A stretch of 24,000 bases of DNA from sequence record MH363700.1. One strand, written 5' to 3'. Position 1 is the stretch's first letter. Every line of letters begins with the position of its first letter. The DNA is from Vibrio phage VP-1. Under the pieces are notes generated by a model, which had not been told where the DNA came from, did no database searches, and saw nothing but the letters and a program-made list of their open reading frames with translations. Made by a program: the position numbers and the translations under genes. Below, in pieces: positions 1-7,035 of this stretch.

Positions 1-15
1 GGTAAAAAATATGAC

Positions 16-192
16 TCATTTCTTTCCTTTTGTTTTCACAAAGTTTGAATCCGCTGGATGGGTACTACTTCCAACCATTTGGAACTGTGGCAACCACAAT
101 CGGTAAACACCCGTAATCTTATGACGGACATAATGAAGTCCAGTTTTAGGATTACGGTATACGCACTGTTCATAGTACGACGGGATAGCCAT
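16..192 (-). CDS. Small hypothetical protein (58 aa, MAIPSYYEQCVYRNPKTGLHYVRHKITGVYRLW...)
   Basis: Hand-translated minus ORF absent from the supplied track. ATG at 190-192 and TGA at 16-18, preceded by TTGGAGAAGTAA, which supplies a GGAG Shine-Dalgarno. It is tightly coupled to the upstream small ORF. Confidence 0.65.
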   Translation of the reverse strand: MAIPSYYEQCVYRNPKTGLHYVRHKITGVYRLWLPQFQMVGSSTHPADSNFVKTKGKK

Positions 193-282
193 TTACTTCT
201 CCAATGTTTGCACTGAGCGACGACGTTGTTTCACAACACGTGCAGCGCGAACCTTGCTTAAACGACGGTTACGGCATTTCAT
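193..282 (-). CDS. Very small basic protein (29 aa, MKCRNRRLSKVRAARVVKQRRRSVQTLEK)
   Basis: Hand-translated. ATGA overlap with the stop of the 279-635 ORF, GGTGAAG upstream, and its TAA directly abuts the next ATG. Short, so modest confidence. Confidence 0.5.
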   Translation of the reverse strand: MKCRNRRLSKVRAARVVKQRRRSVQTLEK

Positions 283-635
283 TTCTTCACCTCATACATC
301 TTATGTGGGCGATAAAGTTCAACATTTGTTAAGCCATTGCACACAAAATTGATACCATTTCCAAAGTTCCGGAATTCCCAAACCTGACCTTTTTCAGATT
401 TGATTCGCATAACAGTCACATCACGCAAATCAACAGTGATATTACAATTGCCATGGAAACGACTTTGGAAATTGATGACACCCCATTTTGGGCTATCCAT
501 CAAGTTGTTGATCACATGTTCAAACCCGCGACGTGCCAACAGACGACCAATTCGGAAGATAGGACGCTTACTTTTGATCAGATTTTTCTGATTCATACCT
601 TCATAAAAGGCAAGTAGTAATGCAATATTTTTCAT
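279..635 (-). CDS. Hypothetical phage protein, 118 aa
   Basis: Minus ORF collinear with its neighbours with short intergenic spacing. Confidence 0.75.
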   Translation of the reverse strand: MKNIALLLAFYEGMNQKNLIKSKRPIFRIGRLLARRGFEHVINNLMDSPKWGVINFQSRFHGNCNITVDLRDVTVMRIKSEKGQVWEFRNFGNGINFVCNGLTNVELYRPHKMYEVKK

Positions 636-637
636 GA

Positions 638-961
638 TTATTCACCCAACTTGCTGTTAGCATATTTGACAAACCCTTTCTGACGAGCCTGCAAAGACTT
701 CAGATGACGATTGTTTTCTAAAGCCTTTGTGCGAACTTCTTCCCACATCAGCTTGGTTGCAACCTTGATGTTGTCATCTTGTTTGACAACTTTAACATGG
801 ATTTCAGTCACCAAACCATTCTTTAAACAATGGTTGAATTGGTTTGGAACCGAGAAATTGGTGTAACAATCAAATTGCTTAATTGTTACATGATTGCTGC
901 CCATATCTGCAACAAGTACAACAAACTCAGCATTTGGGCAATGAGTTATCAATTCATTCAT
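638..961 (-). CDS. Hypothetical phage protein, likely 107 aa
   Basis: ORF 638-997. The internal Met at 961 (MNELITHCPN...) is preceded by GAGGAACATCCT and is the more likely start. Confidence 0.7.
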   Translation of the reverse strand: MNELITHCPNAEFVVLVADMGSNHVTIKQFDCYTNFSVPNQFNHCLKNGLVTEIHVKVVKQDDNIKVATKLMWEEVRTKALENNRHLKSLQARQKGFVKYANSKLGE

Positions 962-1015
962 AGGATGTTCCTCATGGATGTTCAAGAAAGAGCCCAATTA
1001 AGGGCTCATGATGGA

Positions 1016-1537
1016 TTATAGAGATGCAACAACTTTGTTAAGAGTTTCAAGGTCAACACGTTGGATAGTAGTGTACTTAGCACCTTCTTTGAACTCAAGA
1101 CCTAGTTCGTTAAGAACGTCAGTTGCTGATTTACCTTTTGAAGGGTAGAATAGTAGTCCAAATGTACCATTTTTGATTGGAGTGATTTGAAGACGACCAT
1201 TGTTAACAACAAGTGAGCCATATGTTTGACGTACTGCAGGTACTTTAACAACCATGTCAGAGATGTTAAGAGCTTCAAGAGCTTCTACAGAATTGAAACC
1301 AGAGATTGCTTTAGGCTTTTTGATTTCAATTGCTTTAGGCTTTTTGATTTCGATAACTTCAAGTTTGAAACCTTTAACCATTGCTTTCTTACCGTTAAGA
1401 AGACGGTTAAAACCAGTAGAGTCGCCAGTGTAACCTTGCTCAACTGCTTTGCGGTAGTTAGCCGCTTTAGTTGCTGCAGTGTCGATTGCGATAGTGATTT
1501 GGCCGTTTGTGATAACTGTTTTAGTGTTCATAATCAA
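1016..1537 (-). CDS. Hypothetical protein, 173 aa, with an in-frame duplicated IEIKKPKA segment
   Basis: Minus ORF with a promoter-like leader and an AAGGA Shine-Dalgarno upstream. Contains a 24-bp tandem duplication. Confidence 0.75.
   Translation of the reverse strand: MIMNTKTVITNGQITIAIDTAATKAANYRKAVEQGYTGDSTGFNRLLNGKKAMVKGFKLEVIEIKKPKAIEIKKPKAISGFNSVEALEALNISDMVVKVPAVRQTYGSLVVNNGRLQITPIKNGTFGLLFYPSKGKSATDVLNELGLEFKEGAKYTTIQRVDLETLNKVVASL
1305..1352. repeat. 24-bp direct tandem duplication (attgctttaggctttttgatttc[a/g] x2)
   Basis: Read directly at 1305-1328 and 1329-1352, identical except for the last base. Encodes IEIKKPKA repeated. Confidence 0.97.
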
Positions 1538-1559
1538 TGTTCCTTATGGATGTTTGTTT

Positions 1560-1585
1560 GTGTTGTTTGTTTCGATGAGGTTATA
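1560..1585 (-). promoter_or_regulatory. Candidate promoter and conserved leader (minus: TACTATAACCTCATCGAAACAAACAACA)
   Basis: TATAAC box followed by CCTCATCGAAACAAAC, shared with regions upstream of 8036, 10250, 20499 and 21296. Lies just after a terminator. Confidence 0.6.
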
Positions 1586-1604
1586 GTACCCAATTACGAG
1601 AATC

Positions 1605-1629
1605 AAAAACGTGATCTCCGTCACGTTTT
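1605..1629 (-). terminator. Hairpin/terminator (AAAACGTGA...TCACGTTTT)
   Basis: 9-bp inverted repeat at 1606-1614 and 1621-1629. On the minus strand it ends in TTTTT. Confidence 0.65.
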
Positions 1630-1630
1630 A

Positions 1631-1661
1631 TAAAAGAAAGGGAAATCTTTTTAGATTTCCC
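1631..1661 (-). terminator. Rho-independent terminator of the 1669-2172 gene
   Basis: GGGAAATC (1640-1647) pairs with GATTTCCC (1654-1661), followed on minus by TTTCTTTTAT. In tandem with the 1605-1629 hairpin. Confidence 0.8.
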
Positions 1662-1668
1662 ATATAAG

Positions 1669-2172
1669 TTATTGATTTGCAAGGCGTAACCAATCACCAA
1701 ATTCTTTCAAAGTCAACGGTCTATGGAACGTGACATAAGTTTTGGTGATTTTCAGCTTGGTATCTATCTTATTACAGTAAGCACCCTGGTTGTATGTGAT
1801 ATCTATATTTGGGATACCACCCTTGATCTTACTCATCTGAACATTAACAGACATATCCGCACGGATGTTGACTTCATATTTAATGTTCTGGTATCGGAAA
1901 CGAATGCCTGTGTGCGATCGGTTACTGAAGTAATAACACTGTGTCACATTATGGACACGGTTAATGACCTTGTGTAACTCCTTGGCTAAGAGCTTACGGG
2001 GACCATGACCGTCCGTGGTATCAAAGAAGTTCTTGACCTGTTGTGTAACGGCCATTTCCAAATCAAACACACCTGGACGCAACGGGGTTGTGCGACGCTT
2101 GGTCATAGACTTCTTCTGTGGTTCAGGTTTAGAACCGAATAACCCAAAGAACCAATTAATCATTCTTTTCAT
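1669..2172 (-). CDS. Hypothetical protein, about 167 aa
   Basis: ORF 1669-2205. Met at 2172 (MKRMINWFFGLFG...) has AAAGG upstream. Confidence 0.7.
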   Translation of the reverse strand: MKRMINWFFGLFGSKPEPQKKSMTKRRTTPLRPGVFDLEMAVTQQVKNFFDTTDGHGPRKLLAKELHKVINRVHNVTQCYYFSNRSHTGIRFRYQNIKYEVNIRADMSVNVQMSKIKGGIPNIDITYNQGAYCNKIDTKLKITKTYVTFHRPLTLKEFGDWLRLANQ

Positions 2173-2833
2173 GATAATTACCTTTAATGTCTTGGATGAC
2201 TTCATTCAAAATAGCTAATCCAACACAGTCATCTTTATATTGGATTGCTTTGTTGGAACCCAGACACACGTAGTAATGTACGATCGGCAACGGGTTATTC
2301 TTCAAAAATTGTAAGTGATATGGATGGCCAGCAATCTTACGCTTCATCGCAGTGAAGATAATGTCATGGAACTGTTCATGATCCACTTTACGGTTAACCG
2401 GTGGCAGTACCTTCATTTTCTTGGCAGCATTCTTGGCTTCACGACCTTCCATGAATAGAAGTTCAATGTTACCAGTCTTAAGGTATTGCCACAAGCCTTC
2501 AATCGTGTTGTAACACACCTCATGGCCATTAACTACAGCAACACCTTCGTATCGATAGAAGTTCGATAGGACACGCCCCACCTCCAATTTGGATTGGGAA
2601 TACATGTTGATATGGCTAATGCCTTCATACTGTGGTGTATGAGGAAGCAATGTTGGTTCCCAACCAATGCACTCACAGATGCCATCTTTGATTTGGTACA
2701 TCATATGTTCAATACCATCGGGTGATGGATCCGTACTAAACACATCGCCATCCTGGACCTGGTCTTTTAACGGTTTGATGCGAGTGTCAATCATTGGGAA
2801 GATTGACTGTCGAGTAATCTTGTAGTAAAGCAT
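2156..2833 (-). CDS. NADAR-like (YbiA/DUF1768-related) putative ADP-ribose-processing protein, 225 aa
   Basis: Contains INMYSQSKLEVGRVLSNFYRYEGVAVVNGHEVCYNTIEGLWQYLKTGNIELLFMEGREAKNAAKKM, which resembles the NADAR N-terminal pattern (SNF ... EG.W.Y.K ... A). The C-terminal half is more divergent. Confidence 0.65.
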   Translation of the reverse strand: MLYYKITRQSIFPMIDTRIKPLKDQVQDGDVFSTDPSPDGIEHMMYQIKDGICECIGWEPTLLPHTPQYEGISHINMYSQSKLEVGRVLSNFYRYEGVAVVNGHEVCYNTIEGLWQYLKTGNIELLFMEGREAKNAAKKMKVLPPVNRKVDHEQFHDIIFTAMKRKIAGHPYHLQFLKNNPLPIVHYYVCLGSNKAIQYKDDCVGLAILNEVIQDIKGNYHEKND

Positions 2834-2836
2834 GAC

Positions 2837-3109
2837 CTATACCTTATCAATATCTGAACTGAAATATGCCAACGAAGTCTCTGGACCATGTTTGGACAAC
2901 ACCACAAGGATTCGTTCGCTTGGTGTCATATAATCCCAAATCTTGGAATCCAGGTTGATTTCGTTTTTCTGGGCTTGAGTTAGTTGTTCCCAAGTTTTCT
3001 CAGCAACACCGTGCGCCCAGGTACCCTTTGGATAAGTTTGTTCATACAGCTTAGCAATATGAACATACCAGCCCATGGTTTTGCGCTTTGAACTTACAGT
3101 GTCAGCCAT
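2837..3109 (-). CDS. Hypothetical protein, about 90 aa
   Basis: ORF 2837-3187. Met at 3109 (MADTVSSKRKTMGWYV...) is preceded by ATGGAGATGTTGAA, a good Shine-Dalgarno. Confidence 0.65.
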   Translation of the reverse strand: MADTVSSKRKTMGWYVHIAKLYEQTYPKGTWAHGVAEKTWEQLTQAQKNEINLDSKIWDYMTPSERILVVLSKHGPETSLAYFSSDIDKV

Positions 3110-3534
3110 TTCAACATCTCCATTGAATGACGTTCCAGGTTTGACTGCATGCCAACCATAGTTTGTGGGGTGATATGGATTATCCAACGACCGTTCTCTT
3201 TGGCTGGACTACAGTTCCAGTTTGATGTATGGATCTGCAAGGTATTGTTCAAACGTTTGGCAAAGACCTTCGCATGCATCTCATCTTCAACAGGAATTGA
3301 CACCGCAAATGTTTGTAGGCTTTTGGTATCGTTCCAGTACACAAAGCCGTGAGTGCGACCAACAAAATTAGCAATTGATGAGGATAACTGAACTGCGACT
3401 TCGCCTGCCAGTTGACGACCCTTGTCTTCATGGACAAATGCGACGATACTACTCTGGCCATATTGATCCAACATTTTCAAAGTTAGACATTGTTCCGGTG
3501 AAGGTACAGCTCTTGCAAATGATACTTGAATCAT
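3094..3534 (-). CDS. Hypothetical protein, 146 aa
   Basis: Minus ORF preceded by ATTGGAGAAACATC immediately before the ATG. Confidence 0.75.
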   Translation of the reverse strand: MIQVSFARAVPSPEQCLTLKMLDQYGQSSIVAFVHEDKGRQLAGEVAVQLSSSIANFVGRTHGFVYWNDTKSLQTFAVSIPVEDEMHAKVFAKRLNNTLQIHTSNWNCSPAKENGRWIIHITPQTMVGMQSNLERHSMEMLKWLTL

Positions 3535-3552
3535 GATGTTTCTCCAATAAAA

Positions 3553-3582
3553 TAAAAAGGACCAGGTAATAATACCTGATCC
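3553..3582 (-). terminator. Rho-independent terminator
   Basis: GGACCAGGTA (3559-3568) / TACCTGATCC (3573-3582) with minus-side TTTTTATTTT tail. Confidence 0.85.
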
Positions 3583-3583
3583 T

Positions 3584-3599
3584 AAACTTTTGAAGTTTT
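3584..3599. repeat. 16-mer AAACTTTTGAAGTTTT, copy 1
   Basis: Read directly. Imperfect palindrome (AAACTT-ttg-AAGTTT) overlapping the stop codon and next to a terminator. Confidence 0.95.
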
Positions 3600-3753
3600 A
3601 AAATCCGCGTTGGACTTTATGCATGCAACATTTCTTGAACTTCAAACCGCTACCACATGCACACTTATGATTACGTTCCTGGTTCTTAACACGACGAGCA
3701 GGAATTCTTCTTTCTGGTACGCGAAGCATACGACCTAGTGGTTTCATATCCAT
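3598..3753 (-). CDS. Small SEC-C motif protein, about 51 aa
   Basis: C-terminal RNHKCACGSGLKFKKCCMHK matches the SEC-C zinc motif (CxCGSGxKFKxCC). AGGAG lies upstream of Met 3753. Confidence 0.85.
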   Translation of the reverse strand: MDMKPLGRMLRVPERRIPARRVKNQERNHKCACGSGLKFKKCCMHKVQRGF

Positions 3754-3763
3754 CTTTATTCTC

Positions 3764-4846
3764 CTAAATTTTTCGCCATTTAGCAAATTCAAATTCGGCT
3801 TTCAAACCCTGGAAGGTATTGTTGGCAATGTGTCGCAACAATTCCGGAGTTGATACACCATTCATAATATATTCGTTGATATCTTTACCGTATTGATCCA
3901 GTGAGTGTGGTAACAAGCATACCTTAACACCAGCTTTGATCATCTTCTCAATACGGTTAACGATTTCACGGTTACGTGGTTGATTATCCGGAATATAGAT
4001 ATCACCCTTCACCTTCAACAAATCAGCATCTGCCGATGCCATACAGTTCGGCAAGAACAAGCTATCGATCGGACCTTCAACCACAAGTTTGGTACGGTCA
4101 AAGTCGATACGCTCCAGGCCATAACATTTGGTGGTCTTTTCTTCCTTCTTGATCGAGATGTATCGCAGGTCGCACTTAGGATCGAATGAACGCCCTTGTG
4201 CCATTATCATCTCACCACGAGCATTGAAGAATGGTATCACCAAACGTGGATCCTTTGGACACTTCTCCGCAGACAACATATTCTCAGGGTTCATGCCGAT
4301 AGCAAAACGCTGATAGTTGTTGGTAAAGAATAATATATCAAAGAAACGTTTTGGAACTTGTCGGTTCACCAGGTAGTCGTAGCATATATGACCAGGTCCA
4401 AGTTCTGAAACGGGAATGCAATAGGTGTCTAGTGCGTAATCGCTTTGCACTTCCTGTTTCTTCTTGACCAATGAACGGGTGCGCCTGGTATCTTTGTTCG
4501 CCGCTTTCTTAGGTTCTTCTTTCTTTTTGAGCGTCAGGTAAGAACCAGAATTGCGTTTGGTTTCCTGGAACGAATCAACTACATATGACTGGTATAGTGT
4601 CGGTTCATATGTTTTTAACCATAGACCCAAATCCCAGCCAGATGCCTCCCCGCAGTTATGGCATTTGAACCGCATCCGATCAATATCATGATCGGCATAA
4701 AAGTGCCCTCGGCGTTTATTTGCTTTCTTTTTACTGTCAAGGCATATTGGACACCGGAACCGACAAATATTGTCTTGTTCCCAGGTAAACTTATCAAGCA
4801 TACCCGACAACATATTAATATAAGATTTATCTAATTCAATGCTCAT
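3764..4846 (-). CDS. DNA primase-like protein (zinc finger plus TOPRIM), T4 gp61-like role
   Basis: CPICLDSKKK...FKCHNCG zinc-binding region, TOPRIM-like LVVEGPIDSLFLPNCMA, and a downstream KDINEYIMNG segment. Start chosen at MSIELDKSYIN (4846). Confidence 0.85.
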   Translation of the reverse strand: MSIELDKSYINMLSGMLDKFTWEQDNICRFRCPICLDSKKKANKRRGHFYADHDIDRMRFKCHNCGEASGWDLGLWLKTYEPTLYQSYVVDSFQETKRNSGSYLTLKKKEEPKKAANKDTRRTRSLVKKKQEVQSDYALDTYCIPVSELGPGHICYDYLVNRQVPKRFFDILFFTNNYQRFAIGMNPENMLSAEKCPKDPRLVIPFFNARGEMIMAQGRSFDPKCDLRYISIKKEEKTTKCYGLERIDFDRTKLVVEGPIDSLFLPNCMASADADLLKVKGDIYIPDNQPRNREIVNRIEKMIKAGVKVCLLPHSLDQYGKDINEYIMNGVSTPELLRHIANNTFQGLKAEFEFAKWRKI

Positions 4847-5435
4847 AATGGATACCAAAATCATAATTCATCAAAGCATTGTAACACTTTTCGGAAATTG
4901 AATTTTTGTATTCTTTTGCGAGTTTCTTTGCCATTTCATTTCGTGCTTTTATCGAATTTTCAACAGCAATCTCAACAGTCTCAAACCGGCCGACCCATTC
5001 GTTACATGCTGTTACAATGTATCGTTTTGATAGATTTTCTCTCGGGTCAAGCCTAACACCAAGGGGTAAGTCACGACTCGGGATAGTTCGGAACAACATA
5101 TTTATTTTGTTGGGGACAAAAACACAAGTATCAGGAGAATATAGTAATCCATTGCTCAATATGTCTTTATCTACCTGGTAACCTTCAACCCAGTTAGCAT
5201 AAAACCATTTTGCGTATACCTGGAAATCCATCCATTCTTCAATAACCTCACATTTTTGATAATTTGGGCGGTCATTCTTATAACAATCCCCATAACATCG
5301 TGCAAGCATGTGGTGCCATGCCACATGTGCAGGTGTTTCTTTACGATTGATTCTAGTCCTATACATACCTTCTGCAGAAGGTTTACCTTGTTGTGTGGTT
5401 CCACTATTGTAACCACCATATTTGTTATATCTCAT
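4836..5435 (-). CDS. HNH family homing-type endonuclease, about 199 aa
   Basis: WHHMLARCY...W..F..WF......GYQVDKDIL..G.LYSPDTCVFVPNKIN is characteristic of free-standing phage HNH/AP2-type endonucleases. Start chosen at MRYNKYGGYNSG (5435). Confidence 0.85.
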   Translation of the reverse strand: MRYNKYGGYNSGTTQQGKPSAEGMYRTRINRKETPAHVAWHHMLARCYGDCYKNDRPNYQKCEVIEEWMDFQVYAKWFYANWVEGYQVDKDILSNGLLYSPDTCVFVPNKINMLFRTIPSRDLPLGVRLDPRENLSKRYIVTACNEWVGRFETVEIAVENSIKARNEMAKKLAKEYKNSISEKCYNALMNYDFGIHYEH

Positions 5436-5466
5436 ATTAAAAAAGCCCCATAATTTCTTATGGGGC
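5436..5466 (-). terminator. Rho-independent terminator downstream of the phosphoesterase gene
   Basis: GCCCCATAA (5445-5453) / TTATGGGGC (5458-5466), minus-side TTTTTT tail. Confidence 0.88.
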
Positions 5467-5484
5467 AATATTAACAGCAATTGA

Positions 5485-6681
5485 TTATTTGAACATTTCT
5501 GGTCTAACCGCAGCTCGACCGACTTCTCCGTGCTCTTTATGGTAGATAATCGAAACCATTTTAGACTCGGAACGGTATGAGGAATTGTAGTGCCAGGCAT
5601 CGCCAGGTGTTAGTGTACTATGTACTTCAACCATGACATTGCGGTACTCCTGGACTTTTTGGTGATGGAAGTGTCCCAAGTGCCAATAACGGTGTTTAGT
5701 TTGTGACCAAAGGTCTGCACAGTCATAAGCCATGACAGATTCTAGTTCACCTGCTTTGATTGTATGACCATGGTGGAAACCAAATAGGTTTTTGCCAAAC
5801 TGGTGATATGTTATAAGTGAAGGGTTAACGACGATTTCAACACGCGGTTCATTTTCATATAGGCAACTTAACGCAATAGCTAACCAGTATGCAGATTGTG
5901 TATCGTGGTTTCCGATAACGTTGAACACTTTGACCTTTTCATGTTTGGTCAATGCGATATCGATACATTGTCGTAATAAATTAACACCAATACGCACAAT
6001 CTTACCCCAACGAGAATCAACATCCAGAGGGTTACCTGAATGTTCCGTGCGGTTTGATGGTGTATCAGCATGGAAGAAATCACCAACGTTAAGGATCGTT
6101 GCGGTTGTAGACGAAGGTGCTTGCCTTACTAACTCAGTAACCGCATTGATTAGGTTGTCTTGACCCATTTGCAAATTATGGTTTTGACCAGTCTCGCCTT
6201 CCCACGCTAACATACCCAAATGGTGATCGCCTATTGAATACATTACTTCAAGGTCATCCATAGTACCTGATGGCGCTGGCGTTGGCATAACACGTGGAAC
6301 ATCTTCGCACATCGCCTGGACAACTTCTTGCAGGATCTCGAATTGTTCTTCCGCATCACGCTGGGTTTTAACCCATTGGAGTTTCAGTTCGCCATCCTTA
6401 CCGTAAAGCGTTGACGTACCTTTAACACCGAAGCCTTCAGGGACTTTCTTGCGCATATCATGATCAGGACTCCAACCTTTAGAGGCCGCAACTGCTTTCA
6501 GACGTTTAATGGTTTTAGATACCGTCTGATGGCTAATACCAAGAGCACGAGCGGCTTTGGTTTGGTTACCATCGGCTTTGATAACGGCTTCAAGTTGTTC
6601 AGTCTGGCGAGTCGTTGTGCAGTACTCTGATAGACCGGACAAAGCCTCTTGGACAGGTGTGTATTTCTTATTCTTAGACAT
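5485..6681 (-). CDS. Calcineurin-like metallophosphoesterase with N-terminal helix-turn-helix, 398 aa
   Basis: HTH-like QLEAVIKADGNQTKAARALGISHQTVSKTIKRLK. Metallophosphatase motifs GDHHLGM, GDFFHAD, GNHD, HHGH, GHFHH. Confidence 0.9.
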   Translation of the reverse strand: MSKNKKYTPVQEALSGLSEYCTTTRQTEQLEAVIKADGNQTKAARALGISHQTVSKTIKRLKAVAASKGWSPDHDMRKKVPEGFGVKGTSTLYGKDGELKLQWVKTQRDAEEQFEILQEVVQAMCEDVPRVMPTPAPSGTMDDLEVMYSIGDHHLGMLAWEGETGQNHNLQMGQDNLINAVTELVRQAPSSTTATILNVGDFFHADTPSNRTEHSGNPLDVDSRWGKIVRIGVNLLRQCIDIALTKHEKVKVFNVIGNHDTQSAYWLAIALSCLYENEPRVEIVVNPSLITYHQFGKNLFGFHHGHTIKAGELESVMAYDCADLWSQTKHRYWHLGHFHHQKVQEYRNVMVEVHSTLTPGDAWHYNSSYRSESKMVSIIYHKEHGEVGRAAVRPEMFK

Positions 6682-6737
6682 CTAAGATTTCCTCTTTACA
6701 TTAAGAACCTCACAATATTATCTTTATTTACGGATAT

Positions 6738-6765
6738 GAAAAAGCCTATCATTTGAGATAGGCTT
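6738..6765 (-). terminator. Rho-independent terminator
   Basis: AAGCCTATC (6742-6750) / GATAGGCTT (6757-6765), with TTTTTC on the minus side. Confidence 0.82.
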
Positions 6766-6774
6766 GGGTTTGCA

Positions 6775-7035
6775 TTAAAGTTTGACTGCAATCTCTTGGT
6801 CCATGATGTAACTAGCATCCAGGTCCATATTACCATAGACTGGAATCTCGTCATCAGGTTTGTCATACAAACGACAACGGATGGTGCCAGTGTTCAGGTT
6901 GAGTATAAGGATCTCCGCAGTCCACTTTCGTGCACGCTCTGCATAGAAATCGTTGGTTGAGTACATCGGGTGTTCACTGAGATCTACCGTTACACGTGGT
7001 AACGGCAATGCCCCTGGTTTTGGTTTCTTAGCCAT
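6775..7035 (-). CDS. Hypothetical protein, 86 aa
   Basis: Minus ORF overlapping the upstream stop (TAATG). Confidence 0.75.
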   Translation of the reverse strand: MAKKPKPGALPLPRVTVDLSEHPMYSTNDFYAERARKWTAEILILNLNTGTIRCRLYDKPDDEIPVYGNMDLDASYIMDQEIAVKL

